Part shown: positions 1 through 9,804 of the stretch, piece by piece
How positions within the stretch are numbered: position 1 is the stretch's first letter
How the letters are laid out: the number at the start of each line of letters is the position of its first letter
Origin: a virus
Lineage: Duplodnaviria; Caudoviricetes
IMG/VR virus record: IMGVR_UViG_3300037400_003220
Location: 26,893-90,892 of that record
Direction: 5' to 3' (one strand)
DNA length: 64,000 nt
Program-made: the position numbers and the translations under genes
The notes under the pieces: model-generated
What the model was told of the DNA's origin: nothing
What the model saw: the letters and a program-made list of their open reading frames with translations, nothing else
Databases searched by the model: none

Positions 1-287
1 GTCTCGCCTTCTCCTTCAGCGTCTTCTGCTGGGGTCTCTTCCTCGGCTGGTGTCTCTGGATCCTCCTCGGTTTCAACATCCTCTACTTCAAAACTATCGT
101 CCTCGATAGGTTCTTCCTCTTTTTCGAGTTTTTCGTCATCTACTGGCTCATCTTCATCCTTGATGAAGTCACTAATAGCCTCATTAACGATACTCTTAAG
201 AGTCTTCTCTGTGCTTTCTTTTAATGCTTTAGAGATTTGTTCTGCATTAAGTAAAGCCTTTTCTGCCGTATTATTTTTCTTTGCCAT
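1..287 (-). CDS. Acidic prohead core/scaffold-like protein, N-terminal 95 aa (runs off the window edge; not in the ORF track)
   Basis: Read manually from ATG at 287: MAKKNNTAEKALLNAEQISKALKESTEKTLKSIVNEAISDFIKDEDEPVDDEKLEKEEEPIEDDSFEVEDVETEEDPETPAEEE... It is very acidic, has LKE/VNE motifs, and has a TATTTAT box upstream (330-336). Position downstream of a gp21-like protease suggests a gp22-type scaffold (inference). Confidence 0.6.
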   Translation of the reverse strand, partial: MAKKNNTAEKALLNAEQISKALKESTEKTLKSIVNEAISDFIKDEDEPVDDEKLEKEEEPIEDDSFEVEDVETEEDPETPAEEETPAEDAEGEGE

Positions 288-423
288 AATTAATTAATTT
301 GCTATTTAAAAAGTGCTTATTTTTTATATATAAATATATTTGAATTTTAAAAAGTTGTTTTTTTTGGAAAAAAATTCACAAAAAGTATTATTTTTTTTAT
401 GTTTCTACTATTTTAAATCAAAA

Positions 424-1386
424 TTATTTGATATACATAGCCTTATTACCAAAATCTCCCGCTCTTTCACCACATTCTTGTCGAATTAAATTTGCTAAAA
501 TAACCGCAGCCTTTCTATCAGCAAAACGTGGCTGATAGCCTTCCCATTCGCATTTTTCAATATTAAAAATAAAGTTTTCCGAAGTAAAAGATGGATCTGA
601 TACATTAATACCCCAAACATTGGTAAATATTGTTAAATTATCAATATTGGAGTGATAAATCTTTTTCCAACTTTTTGCACCTAAATCACTAGCCCTGTTA
701 CTTTGCCCATATCTTAACATCTTATCATATGCATTTTGCATAGTACTAATGCTTAATTCGTCAAACTCATTTTCATTCAATTTCATATTACTTGAATTAG
801 CCAAGTCCATAATTGCCTTGTTTGCTTCTTTAGATGTGGCCTTACCTTCAGTGTAACGTTTCATAACATCAACAAGATGCTCCTGTATACTTTCGCGAAT
901 TAATCTAACGAGAGTATTTTCGTCAACATGTTTAGGTAAACCCTTTTCTTTTGTTCCAGCGAAGTCTTTTAAATCTTTTTTTGACATGCTATTGGCTATT
1001 TTCTTAATTTTAGGACTAACATTTTTTGTTTCACCTTTTTTATAAGCGTATGCGGCGCCCATTAATCCTCTCTGTGCTTTAGACACGGCCTTCTCTTTTA
1101 AGGATTCATCCGTTCTTTGTCTAAATCGACCTACTTCAAACCCGTCCTTAAACTCAATTATTATACCAGTTTCTCCGCGGTTTACAATTTTTTTACCAGT
1201 TTCTGTTGTTAAATAATTTGGCTTTCCGCTTTTATCCCAACATGAACGAACGTGCTCAAATGGGCCTTCTGGTAGAATTAATGCACACAATAAACCATGA
1301 TCTTCCGTACATTCGTATCCATTAGAACCGTTTATAAATGCTGCATCACCTGTATATGGCTGCCCCTTAAAAAATACTTGTTCCAT
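424..1386 (-). CDS. Putative internal head protein with a DUF3008-like domain
   Basis: Segment KAVSKAQRGLMGAAYAYKKGE...SMSKKDLKDFAGTKEKGLPKHV resembles DUF3008 and is followed by the head-protein motif DENTLVRLIRESIQE. TATTTAT box at 1432-1438. Confidence 0.55.
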   Translation of the reverse strand: MEQVFFKGQPYTGDAAFINGSNGYECTEDHGLLCALILPEGPFEHVRSCWDKSGKPNYLTTETGKKIVNRGETGIIIEFKDGFEVGRFRQRTDESLKEKAVSKAQRGLMGAAYAYKKGETKNVSPKIKKIANSMSKKDLKDFAGTKEKGLPKHVDENTLVRLIRESIQEHLVDVMKRYTEGKATSKEANKAIMDLANSSNMKLNENEFDELSISTMQNAYDKMLRYGQSNRASDLGAKSWKKIYHSNIDNLTIFTNVWGINVSDPSFTSENFIFNIEKCEWEGYQPRFADRKAAVILANLIRQECGERAGDFGNKAMYIK

Positions 1387-1486
1387 TACAATATTATAGT
1401 TTATATTCTTATTTTATTTGTGTATGTATATATAAATAGTTTTTTAAAAAGAAAAAAGCCACATAAATGTGACTTTTATTCAATTG

Positions 1487-3121
1487 TTAATATAAGTAAT
1501 CATTTAGATATATTTGTTTGTTTTTTATTGGCGGATATAGAACCCGTTTTTGCCCAGTCTTTAACGGTGTTTCTATCTCATCGGAAACGTAAAGTTCCTT
1601 TAAACTATTCTCTAATTCTTTACTCCACCCTTCTACACTATTGCACATAAATTTAATTTTTGGGTCTACAAGTGCTTTTTGAAATTCATTTTTGTAAATA
1701 TCATGACTCCATATTCCTAACCGTATCTCGGAATCAAACACAGGTTTATCGTGTTCGTAGTAGTTAAAATAAACATCTTCTAACACATAACTTTCATTTA
1801 TTAAATTGAATTTATCAATGATGACCCGTAATTTGTTAATGTCATACCAATATGGATAATGCGTCGTATAATTAACGTGCGGTAACCCATCTTTATTAAA
1901 TAATTGTCTTGTTTTCCACTTATCATGTCTCCAAAAACTTGTAGGGGCTAATTTATTACCTACAAACGATGAACTATGATAATGTGTTTGTAGTATATCA
2001 AATAAGGTAAACGGTTTAATTGCGTACTCGTCATCACATATTGCTACAAAACCAGAATATTTACCCTCATATTTGTCCATCACAGTCACAAATTTATTGA
2101 GAATATCAAGATGTGCATTATATTGCCCATCAACTTTTTTTCTTGATTTACATTTAATAAACTCTACCCACGAGAATTTTTTCTCAAATGTTTCATCATA
2201 CTCACCAATGACAACAAAATGATATTTGAATGTGCAATTCTTTCTCCATAGTGATAACGTCATCTCTAATTCAGTACCTTGCGCGCCACTTTGTTTATAT
2301 GGTAACACAACTAATATTTCGTCTTTCAACGCTTCCATAAGTTCGGTTTTCATACATTTTAATTCTGGGTTGAGTTTAAAAAAGAAATCATCTGTTCTTG
2401 AGATTCCAATAAAAAAGCCTCTTTTATATTTTTTGTCGACGTATTCTTCCCATGATTTAGTTATGTAATGCCTAACATATATTTTATCAAACACTTCACT
2501 TTCTCTGTCATTTGTGAAATCTGTTCTGCACCATTTACATTGGTCTGAAGGTTGGTGGTTTGTAAAATAATTATTAGGTTTAAATGTGTTCAAATTATAA
2601 CACGTTTTTGTATGGAAAATAGGGTTATTATTAACAACACCATTACTTTTATAAGGATATGCCTCAACAACACCGCTATTACGGTAGTTTGGGCGATTGA
2701 TGTGACCGCACGCACCATAATTCTCCCATGACATTACAAATGCATCATATCCAGAAAATAATTCAATTGTTTCATTTAAATTATCACACGAAATAAACTC
2801 ATCCGCATCTATAATAAAACACCAATCATATAAATGTTCTTTTTGTATTGAAAGCATTGCGTTTCTGAAATATAATGTTTGAACATTTACTCTGTTTTGT
2901 TGTTTTAACCTTATCGCTTCACGTTGCTGTATTTCATTCAAAACAGTGTTAATGCTACTCAGAGAAACGCAGTCATACTTATCACATATTTTTTTATGTG
3001 ATTCGCTATCAATATCTTCAAATATGAAAATACGATCAATACCTAGATTAAGGTGATATTGAATCCACTCATCTAGGTATTGATGCTCATTTTTTATTAC
3101 CGTGCAAATACAAATTTTCAT
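1487..3121 (-). CDS. Two-domain glycosyltransferase (N-terminal GT2/GT92-like GT-A fold; C-terminal second GT-like domain)
   Basis: KICICTVIKNEHQYLDEWIQYHLNLGIDRIFIFED and WCFIIDADEFI (DxD) are typical of Glyco_tranf_2_4/GT92. The second half has its own acidic motif, FVAICDDEY. Confidence 0.75.
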   Translation of the reverse strand: MKICICTVIKNEHQYLDEWIQYHLNLGIDRIFIFEDIDSESHKKICDKYDCVSLSSINTVLNEIQQREAIRLKQQNRVNVQTLYFRNAMLSIQKEHLYDWCFIIDADEFISCDNLNETIELFSGYDAFVMSWENYGACGHINRPNYRNSGVVEAYPYKSNGVVNNNPIFHTKTCYNLNTFKPNNYFTNHQPSDQCKWCRTDFTNDRESEVFDKIYVRHYITKSWEEYVDKKYKRGFFIGISRTDDFFFKLNPELKCMKTELMEALKDEILVVLPYKQSGAQGTELEMTLSLWRKNCTFKYHFVVIGEYDETFEKKFSWVEFIKCKSRKKVDGQYNAHLDILNKFVTVMDKYEGKYSGFVAICDDEYAIKPFTLFDILQTHYHSSSFVGNKLAPTSFWRHDKWKTRQLFNKDGLPHVNYTTHYPYWYDINKLRVIIDKFNLINESYVLEDVYFNYYEHDKPVFDSEIRLGIWSHDIYKNEFQKALVDPKIKFMCNSVEGWSKELENSLKELYVSDEIETPLKTGQKRVLYPPIKNKQIYLNDYLY

Positions 3122-3124
3122 ACA

Positions 3125-3984
3125 TTATTCAGACTCAGAAAGACATCCTGCATTATAATAATACGCCCATTGTTCTTCAGCCACATATGCGCCCAAACTA
3201 CCTTGAGGTACATAAATATTTAAAACAGCGTCTCCAGGTCCACTTTGATCTCCTGGTACTGCACCAAATGGGTTGTTGCCTACTTCTATTGGCGTTGATG
3301 AATGAATTACTGCGGTTAATTCATTGCCACCATATTGTGAAAATACTTTAAACGCGTCGTATCCAATATATGTAACACTTTCAGGAATTTCTACATAAGT
3401 AAGGCTATGACAGTCTAGGAATGCACAATCTCCTATATTGGTTATAGTATCACTTAATTGTACTGTTGTTAATTGTGTTTCATTAATGAATGTTTGATAT
3501 TCTATTGAATTGGCAGTATTACCAAAAACAATAGAAACCAATGGGCTGTCATGTTCATATGATTCATTATTTATTATTGAGTCTTCAGATTCACTTGTTG
3601 TTCCATCAGCATATGTGAATATTGTTTTTGTGAACCGCTACCTGAACCACTTCCACTTCCTGAGCCGCTACCTGAACCACTTCCACTTCCTGAGCCGCTA
3701 CCTGAACCACTTCCACTTCCTGAGCCGCTACCTGAGCCGCCGCCTGCTACATTGATTACTAAATCAACAGAACTCAAACCATCTACGCCGTAGTCAGATG
3801 CATTTATAGTAAAGTTACCATTTTTATCAATTGTGATACTAACAGGTTCATCTTTAATGGTTTTTCCACCCACCATTTTATCAATATCCTCTTGTCTTAA
3901 TGGGAAAATTGATACATTACCAATCGGGGCCTCTTGAATTCCGCCAAAATAGTAATTTTCGTCATTATAATCTATTCTATTCAT
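3125..3984 (-). CDS. Surface/decoration-like protein with (GS)18 linker and BspA-type LRR, split by a -1 frameshift near 3625-3630
   Basis: ORF 3984-3574 runs out of frame just after the GS tract. The -1 frame continues KTIFTYADGTTSESED...LVSIVFG... into ORF 3541-3125, which has BspA-like repeats (LSDTITNIGDCAFLDCHSLTYVEIPESVTYIGYDAF). The fused product would be about 286 aa. Confidence 0.65.
3643..3732. repeat. Three perfect tandem copies of a 30-bp unit encoding (GS)5
   Basis: TGAACCACTTCCACTTCCTGAGCCGCTACC at 3643-3672, 3673-3702 and 3703-3732, with partial copies on both sides; 18 GS dipeptides in total. Confidence 0.97.
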
Positions 3985-4143
3985 AATTATTTTGTTTATT
4001 TAATCATTCAACCAAGCATCAAACTTAGAATATTTATCATTTGACTCTTTTATCACTAGTTTGTTATTGTTTTTTTTAGTTAATATTTTTCAATGTATAT
4101 ATAAATAGTTTTTAATAATAAAAAAATCGCCGTTAAGCGACTT

Positions 4144-5490
4144 TTATTTACTATGATTTCTTATTATATTCTCCAACTCGTTTATTTCATACAGATTATT
4201 ATTGTATATTCCATTGTATATCGGTTTCAAGTAATCTATAGTATCTTTGTTGCTGGCAACATATAATATCTTAACACCATTCTCTTCGCATTCAACATTT
4301 TTTGATATATCATATCTAACTTGCTTTATAAATTTATCATCCCCACCAAAATATTTTAGTGGAGCAAAATGTTGCTCACCCTGGCATTCTATTGCTAATT
4401 TATATCTTGGTATGTAGAAATCAAAACTTTTCATCCCTAGCCAATCAAACCTCTTCTGTCTTATAAATAACAATCCTAATTTTTTTAATAACATGTTTAC
4501 ATCTCTTTCTAAATGGGATTCATTACAATATGGACAAGCATCTCCTCTTGTTATCACATGATTTGGCGTTACGTTAAACTCACCATGCTTTGGGCATATT
4601 ATAGTGACTTTAGTGTTGGAATTTACATATTTCACTTTAGAAAAATCATAATTCAAACCCCTGTAAATATCTTTTAGTTCTTCAATAAAAGTTTCATTAC
4701 TTTTTCTTATTGTATTACCTCTCCTTTCGTCATAACATTTTTGACACCCATGCCCTTGCAGGTGATATAACGGCGTCATAAAAAATGAACCGTGTTTTTG
4801 ACATATAATTTCAACTTTTTTCTTGTTTCCTTGATAATTAACTTTTGAGTAATCATATTTATCACCATGTATTGCGCGTGCTTCAGTAATAAATTGTTCG
4901 GTAGTTTTCTTTTTGCTTTTAAAACACATTGGGCATCTATCCCCACATAAATGACGACTAGGTGTTTGCAAAAATTCACCATGTTCAGGGCAAACTATAC
5001 ATACTTTTGTTTTGTTATTAATATACTTAACTTTCGAATAATCATATATGCTACCATGCACTTCTCTTGCTCTCTCAATAAAACTTTCAGTTGTTAATTT
5101 TTTAACACCGCCACAGGCTTGGCATCCATGACCATTTAAAAAATCATTAGCCTTTATTTTGAAATCTCCGTGTATCGGACATGTTATTACAACAGGCTTT
5201 GTTATTCCGTTATATATAGTGTTATTATACGAATATCTATCACCCCATTTCTCTTTACACTTCTTTATAAAAGTCTCTGTTGTGTATTTCAACCTTCTTT
5301 TTTCTTTTGCACAAATAGGGCATCCTCCACCATTAATGTGTGTGTACTGATCTTGCCAAAATTCGCCATGTTCTGGGCATATTATGCACAATTTATCATG
5401 GGCCTTTTTAAATACAACCTTAGAATAATCGTATTTATCTCCATGAATAAATTTTGCTTTTTTAATAAAAATTTCTCGCTTGTCTATCAT
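4144..5490 (-). mobile_element. Free-standing putative homing endonuclease: five DUF723-like Zn-binding repeats plus a C-terminal PD-(D/E)XK (Vsr/EDxHD-like) nuclease
   Basis: Five repeats of FIxxAxxxHGxxYDYSKVxY...I.CPxHGxF...GCxxC, then SFDFYIPRYKLAIECQGEQHF. Has its own TATTTAT box (5510-5516). Confidence 0.75.
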
Positions 5491-5570
5491 ATTTATTTTT
5501 CCCTTATTAATAAATATAATAAAAGCGAGAAAAAGTCAAGACTAATTATGATTTTTTTTGCGGGGATATC

Positions 5571-6296
5571 TTACGAATTTAATAACCACTTATCAAATTT
5601 TGAATATTTATCGTGGTTTTCCAAGACAGTTTCTTTGCCCGTACATTCTTTTGATTCTATAAACGGCTCTAATTCAGAGTCTTCTAACCTTATAATAGCA
5701 CCAGGTGTACTATTTTGTGTAACAACGTCCCAACATACCAGTTCCAGATCATCCCCAACAATTAATTTACCTAATTGTTGTGTAACACTTCCAAGTGCTC
5801 TACTTGATACTCCGATTCTTAAACCAGAAATAATCCATTGTGCAACGGTATCAGCAAGGTTAGAACAAATTCCATATCTTCTGAAACCCTCTGTTATAGG
5901 TAATTCCATTTTGCCAACTAATGTTCTACCCACCCAGTGCAATTCTATAATATTCATACATATTCTTTCGCCATCAATTGCACTTTCTTCTGGGTGATTT
6001 AGTTGGCCATATGCTCGTCTTTCTTTAATGGCCTGTTGATATTTTTCAACCTCTCTTTTTAATACTGTTTCTGGATATATTCTTCCATTTGCATTCTCAA
6101 TCCCATATTTCTGGAATACTGCAGATACGACGAATGGGCGAGGTAGATCGTGCGCCACCCCACTATTAAAATCGTCGATAGATTCTTTAATTAACTTGTT
6201 CTCTTTTGAGTTAATATCTATAAAACCATCACTTTCAATTAATAGGCCAGTTCCTGTTTGTCCTTTTTTTATTTCAACTAATTGCTCTCTTTTCAT
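5571..6296 (-). CDS. gp21: T4 gp21-like prohead core protease (start moved to ATG 6296)
   Basis: ENANGRIYP, LNHP (His), GVSSRALGS (Ser) and WDVV..STPGA motifs. The TATTTAT box at 6331-6337 lies inside the longer ORF call, which favours MKREQ at 6296 as the start. Confidence 0.88.
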   Translation of the reverse strand: MKREQLVEIKKGQTGTGLLIESDGFIDINSKENKLIKESIDDFNSGVAHDLPRPFVVSAVFQKYGIENANGRIYPETVLKREVEKYQQAIKERRAYGQLNHPEESAIDGERICMNIIELHWVGRTLVGKMELPITEGFRRYGICSNLADTVAQWIISGLRIGVSSRALGSVTQQLGKLIVGDDLELVCWDVVTQNSTPGAIIRLEDSELEPFIESKECTGKETVLENHDKYSKFDKWLLNS

Positions 6297-6362
6297 ATTA
6301 TACTTCCGTAAATATTGTTCTACTTTATATATAAATAGTCTTTTGTTCACAAAAACAACAAA

Positions 6363-7994
6363 TTATTTCCTAATATTTCTCCTCACTACACATCTCTTCC
6401 TATTTTTAAATCTTAGATATGTATTATTAAGTGTACTGCTGTTATAAATTTGTGAGTATGGGGTTTCGTTAAGGCTTATTTTTGTTTTTTGTTCTTTATT
6501 TGTTTCTATTTTTACTTTTGGATCTTGTTTTATCTCTGTTTTTATTATTTTACTTTTATTATTCTTATCGTGAGATAGAGCAACATTGTATAAATCTCTA
6601 TAGTAAAAATCTTCTGTAACCCCAATATCTTTCACACTGATATAAGTTACATTATTATTTGTTTCTTTATTTATTAAAACATGTGTCGTTTGTGACAATC
6701 CGTCAAGATTATAGTCTATGTCATTTTTTACATATCTACTATATATGCTTTGATTGAATTTTAATTGTTCTCTATTTAAAAAAGTCCTTCTTGGATGTGT
6801 TATATGGCATAGAGTATTTTCGAGCCTGCGCATTTTTAATTTCAACCCTAAAATATTATCCTCGCATCCCCAACCAATACATAAATTTGAGAAGCCATTT
6901 ATCTTTGTAAAATCAGAAGACTTCATAAAATTAAACGCACCAAATCCTTCTAACCTCTTTTCTGTTCTGTCAATTACATATTTTTTACCTTCCGTAAAAT
7001 GCACTTGTGCTATTCTATCAAACATTAACAATGGAGAGTTAGTCTTGTTGTATTCATCAATCAAATTTATTTTTTTAGTATTGAAAATATCATTATCTAT
7101 TAGGCCAATCCATTTGGTATCAGAATAGTTAAACGCTATATTAAACAATTGTCCCCTTTTAAAATCAGTTTCATCATCTTGAGTAATAACAATGAATTTT
7201 ATACCTTCAAAGTATTCATTGAAGGTTTCATTGAAATTATTTATTACATAATCTATGTTTTTACCGCCTCTATTTGGTATAATAAAAGTAACTTCACTTA
7301 TGTTGCTATGTTGCTCATTTAATGCTTTGTTTAATATGTTATTTATTCTATTTTTTACTTCTTTAATGCCATATTTTCTTGAATACCAACAATGTATACA
7401 AAGTTTATTTTTGTCATAAAAAATTGTTGTGGCATACATTGTATCACCGTTTAAAACCTGACAATAATCGTCACTAATATCATTTAATTCCATAAAATTC
7501 ATTTTTAACTCATATCTTAAAAAACATAACATTTTGTAATATGGTTCAAATGCGTCACATGACACTGTTTTATTGCTTTCATATAGATCACAAGGAACGG
7601 TATATTTATTATATTCGGATTCAGATATTTCCCTCATTTTTTTGCACTTAAATACTGTGAAAAATAGATTTGGAACATCATTTCTATGATGGCGCATTAA
7701 AGATACACCACCATCTGGCATTCCACAAATATCCATGTCATTTTCTTCCATATCATTTATTATGTCAAAAACAGCATTTTCATCATAAATGAAGCAATCT
7801 TCATCCACAAATACTATATAATCAAATTTATCTTGTAACCTATCATGCAAAAAACATTTCTCCAATAATTTTTTACCATATAAATAATTTCCGCCAAATA
7901 TATCAATTGATGGTAATTTTGTTAATTTTGTTTTTTCTAAAACCTCGCGATTAATATAGTTTCTTATAGCGATTATACTTGATTTATCTATCAT
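6363..7994 (-). CDS. Two-domain glycosyltransferase; C-terminal domain GT7 (beta-1,4-galactosyltransferase-like)
   Basis: N-domain has DYIVFVDEDC. C-domain has DFKRGQLFNIAF, DND and DFTKINGFSNLCIGWGCEDN, matching the GT7 F-N-R..L-N and INGF.N..WGWGGEDD motifs. Confidence 0.78.
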   Translation of the reverse strand: MIDKSSIIAIRNYINREVLEKTKLTKLPSIDIFGGNYLYGKKLLEKCFLHDRLQDKFDYIVFVDEDCFIYDENAVFDIINDMEENDMDICGMPDGGVSLMRHHRNDVPNLFFTVFKCKKMREISESEYNKYTVPCDLYESNKTVSCDAFEPYYKMLCFLRYELKMNFMELNDISDDYCQVLNGDTMYATTIFYDKNKLCIHCWYSRKYGIKEVKNRINNILNKALNEQHSNISEVTFIIPNRGGKNIDYVINNFNETFNEYFEGIKFIVITQDDETDFKRGQLFNIAFNYSDTKWIGLIDNDIFNTKKINLIDEYNKTNSPLLMFDRIAQVHFTEGKKYVIDRTEKRLEGFGAFNFMKSSDFTKINGFSNLCIGWGCEDNILGLKLKMRRLENTLCHITHPRRTFLNREQLKFNQSIYSRYVKNDIDYNLDGLSQTTHVLINKETNNNVTYISVKDIGVTEDFYYRDLYNVALSHDKNNKSKIIKTEIKQDPKVKIETNKEQKTKISLNETPYSQIYNSSTLNNTYLRFKNRKRCVVRRNIRK

Positions 7995-8917
7995 TTCCGA
8001 ACTCTCTTTTTTACCACTCTTCTGTTAAATTTATTACTTTTTATCTCAGATATTCCCAAATATATTGACGATAAAACTTGCAAACCATCTTTTGTATTAT
8101 TTGAACTTGAGGTGTGTTTTATTCGTCCAGACGCATCACATCCGCTTATTTTGCTGCTGACATAATCAGTAATTTTTATTAGATTTATTTTCATTGCATC
8201 CCACTTTCTTTTAAACTCGGCGTCTGATATCATATATTGTATACCATAGCCATTTTTAATATCGTTTACCCCACGCCTTTTTCGCGCCAGATTTTTCTTA
8301 AATAAACAGAACTCACGATCAATCCATTTTAAATGAAACGATTTTATTACGCCTTCATTCAACGATTTCAATTCTTTTCCGTCATTAAGTACAACATTTG
8401 CCATATGTGCGCCAGGAGTATAAGTTATTGATTTAAAAGTGTCTAATTTAAATAGTGTCATTTTACAGCCGTTAAGTCCCCAAAACACTCCGCCATCACA
8501 TGACTCGTGCACGAACTTATTTTTATCTGGAAAATGTTCGCAAATAGTCTCAAACATTTCTTGATTCAAGTAGTTATAACCATCTTTTGCTTTTTCCTCC
8601 AGATACTCTTTTAGCCTACCAGGATAATATATTACTTCATCAAAATCAGAAACAAACATCCATGCATCTTTTTCGTCCTTAAATTCTTTCCATACACGAT
8701 TTTTAATATCTATTATTATTTGGTTGCTTTTAGAACCTCCAGTGTCAAATGTTCTTACTTCAATAAATGGATATTTCTTTAGTAACTCAACGGTATTATC
8801 GTTAGATTGATTATCATATACTATCAATTTGTCAAACCCCATATGTTCAAGATATTTCATAACATATGGAACCATAAGCGACTCATTGTATGTAAAAGTA
8901 ACTCCGTATAATTTCAT
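7991..8917 (-). CDS. GT2-like glycosyltransferase (Glyco_tranf_2_4 type)
   Basis: TFTYNESLMVPYVMKYLEHMGFDKLIVYDNQSNDNTVELL and WMFVSDFDEVIY (DxD). Overlaps the next gene by ATGA. Confidence 0.78.
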   Translation of the reverse strand: MKLYGVTFTYNESLMVPYVMKYLEHMGFDKLIVYDNQSNDNTVELLKKYPFIEVRTFDTGGSKSNQIIIDIKNRVWKEFKDEKDAWMFVSDFDEVIYYPGRLKEYLEEKAKDGYNYLNQEMFETICEHFPDKNKFVHESCDGGVFWGLNGCKMTLFKLDTFKSITYTPGAHMANVVLNDGKELKSLNEGVIKSFHLKWIDREFCLFKKNLARKRRGVNDIKNGYGIQYMISDAEFKRKWDAMKINLIKITDYVSSKISGCDASGRIKHTSSSNNTKDGLQVLSSIYLGISEIKSNKFNRRVVKKRVRK

Positions 8918-8918
8918 A

Positions 8919-9800
8919 TTAATGTTTTTTTACCACCCTTCTTTTAACTGCCTTAAATTTCATTAATTTATAATTGTTCGTATCAATGCCGTATATTGGA
9001 CCATACATTAATTCCATTGTTGCTTTATTTATTTTTCTCTCTTCTTCCTTGTAGTCAATATTATCATATGCAGTTATGTATTGTTTCCAGAAACCTTCAT
9101 TAAATTTTCTAAATGCGTGGCACCCCATTGGTAATTTATTTCCATTTCTTTGATATTGGATGTGTGGAATTTCCTGGAAACTAAACTCTCTACACAGTTC
9201 AATCGGTGCTAGTTTAAAATTAGACTTCAACTGTTGTGTAAAGGCACAATCTTCAAGATTTTTAAACCTAGAAAAATCAGTTTTTTTACACACCTCAATG
9301 AAAGGTTTTATTCTTCTTAAACAGAATCCTCCGTTTCCATTTTCACCATATTTCTCATGCCAAGCAAAGCCAATTAAATGCGGAGCACCAATGTAGTCGT
9401 AACCCTTTTGCGTGAAGTAGTCAAGCCTATCCTCAAATACCCACGCGTCAAGTTGATAAATTACCATGAATTCATACTCAGAAAAGGCATCGTAGAATTG
9501 CCATGCCTCACACATATCTGAATAACTTCTTTGGGATTTGAAAAAAGCATTGTTACAACGAAGTACTGAAAACTCGTAATCAGCAATACTATTGTATTTA
9601 TTAACATCCAATGTCATTGGGCAAACTAGTACCAATTCATATTTATCACCAAGAATCTTAACTACTTGTTTTAAAGATTCTGTTTCAAAAAAATTTGGTT
9701 CTTGTTTGTATACTGGAATAGCAATTACACATTTTTTATTGCCTATATTGTTTCCGTGATGTTCTATTTTTGTGTCTATCCATTCAATTCTTGGCCACAT
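8919..9800 (-). CDS. DUF5672-family protein (putative glycosyltransferase)
   Basis: VIAIPVYK, IYQLDAWVF, YDYIGAP, NGGFCLRRI, ED..F, FSFQE and PMGCHA motifs, characteristic of the DUF5672 proteins found in Bacteroidota glycan loci. Confidence 0.72.
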   Translation of the reverse strand: MWPRIEWIDTKIEHHGNNIGNKKCVIAIPVYKQEPNFFETESLKQVVKILGDKYELVLVCPMTLDVNKYNSIADYEFSVLRCNNAFFKSQRSYSDMCEAWQFYDAFSEYEFMVIYQLDAWVFEDRLDYFTQKGYDYIGAPHLIGFAWHEKYGENGNGGFCLRRIKPFIEVCKKTDFSRFKNLEDCAFTQQLKSNFKLAPIELCREFSFQEIPHIQYQRNGNKLPMGCHAFRKFNEGFWKQYITAYDNIDYKEEERKINKATMELMYGPIYGIDTNNYKLMKFKAVKRRVVKKH

Positions 9801-9804
9801 AATC

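Noticed and set aside
3631-3745. CRISPR-like array
   Set aside because: Repeats are directly tandem with no spacers and encode a GS linker. No Cas genes or spaced repeats were seen anywhere in the window.
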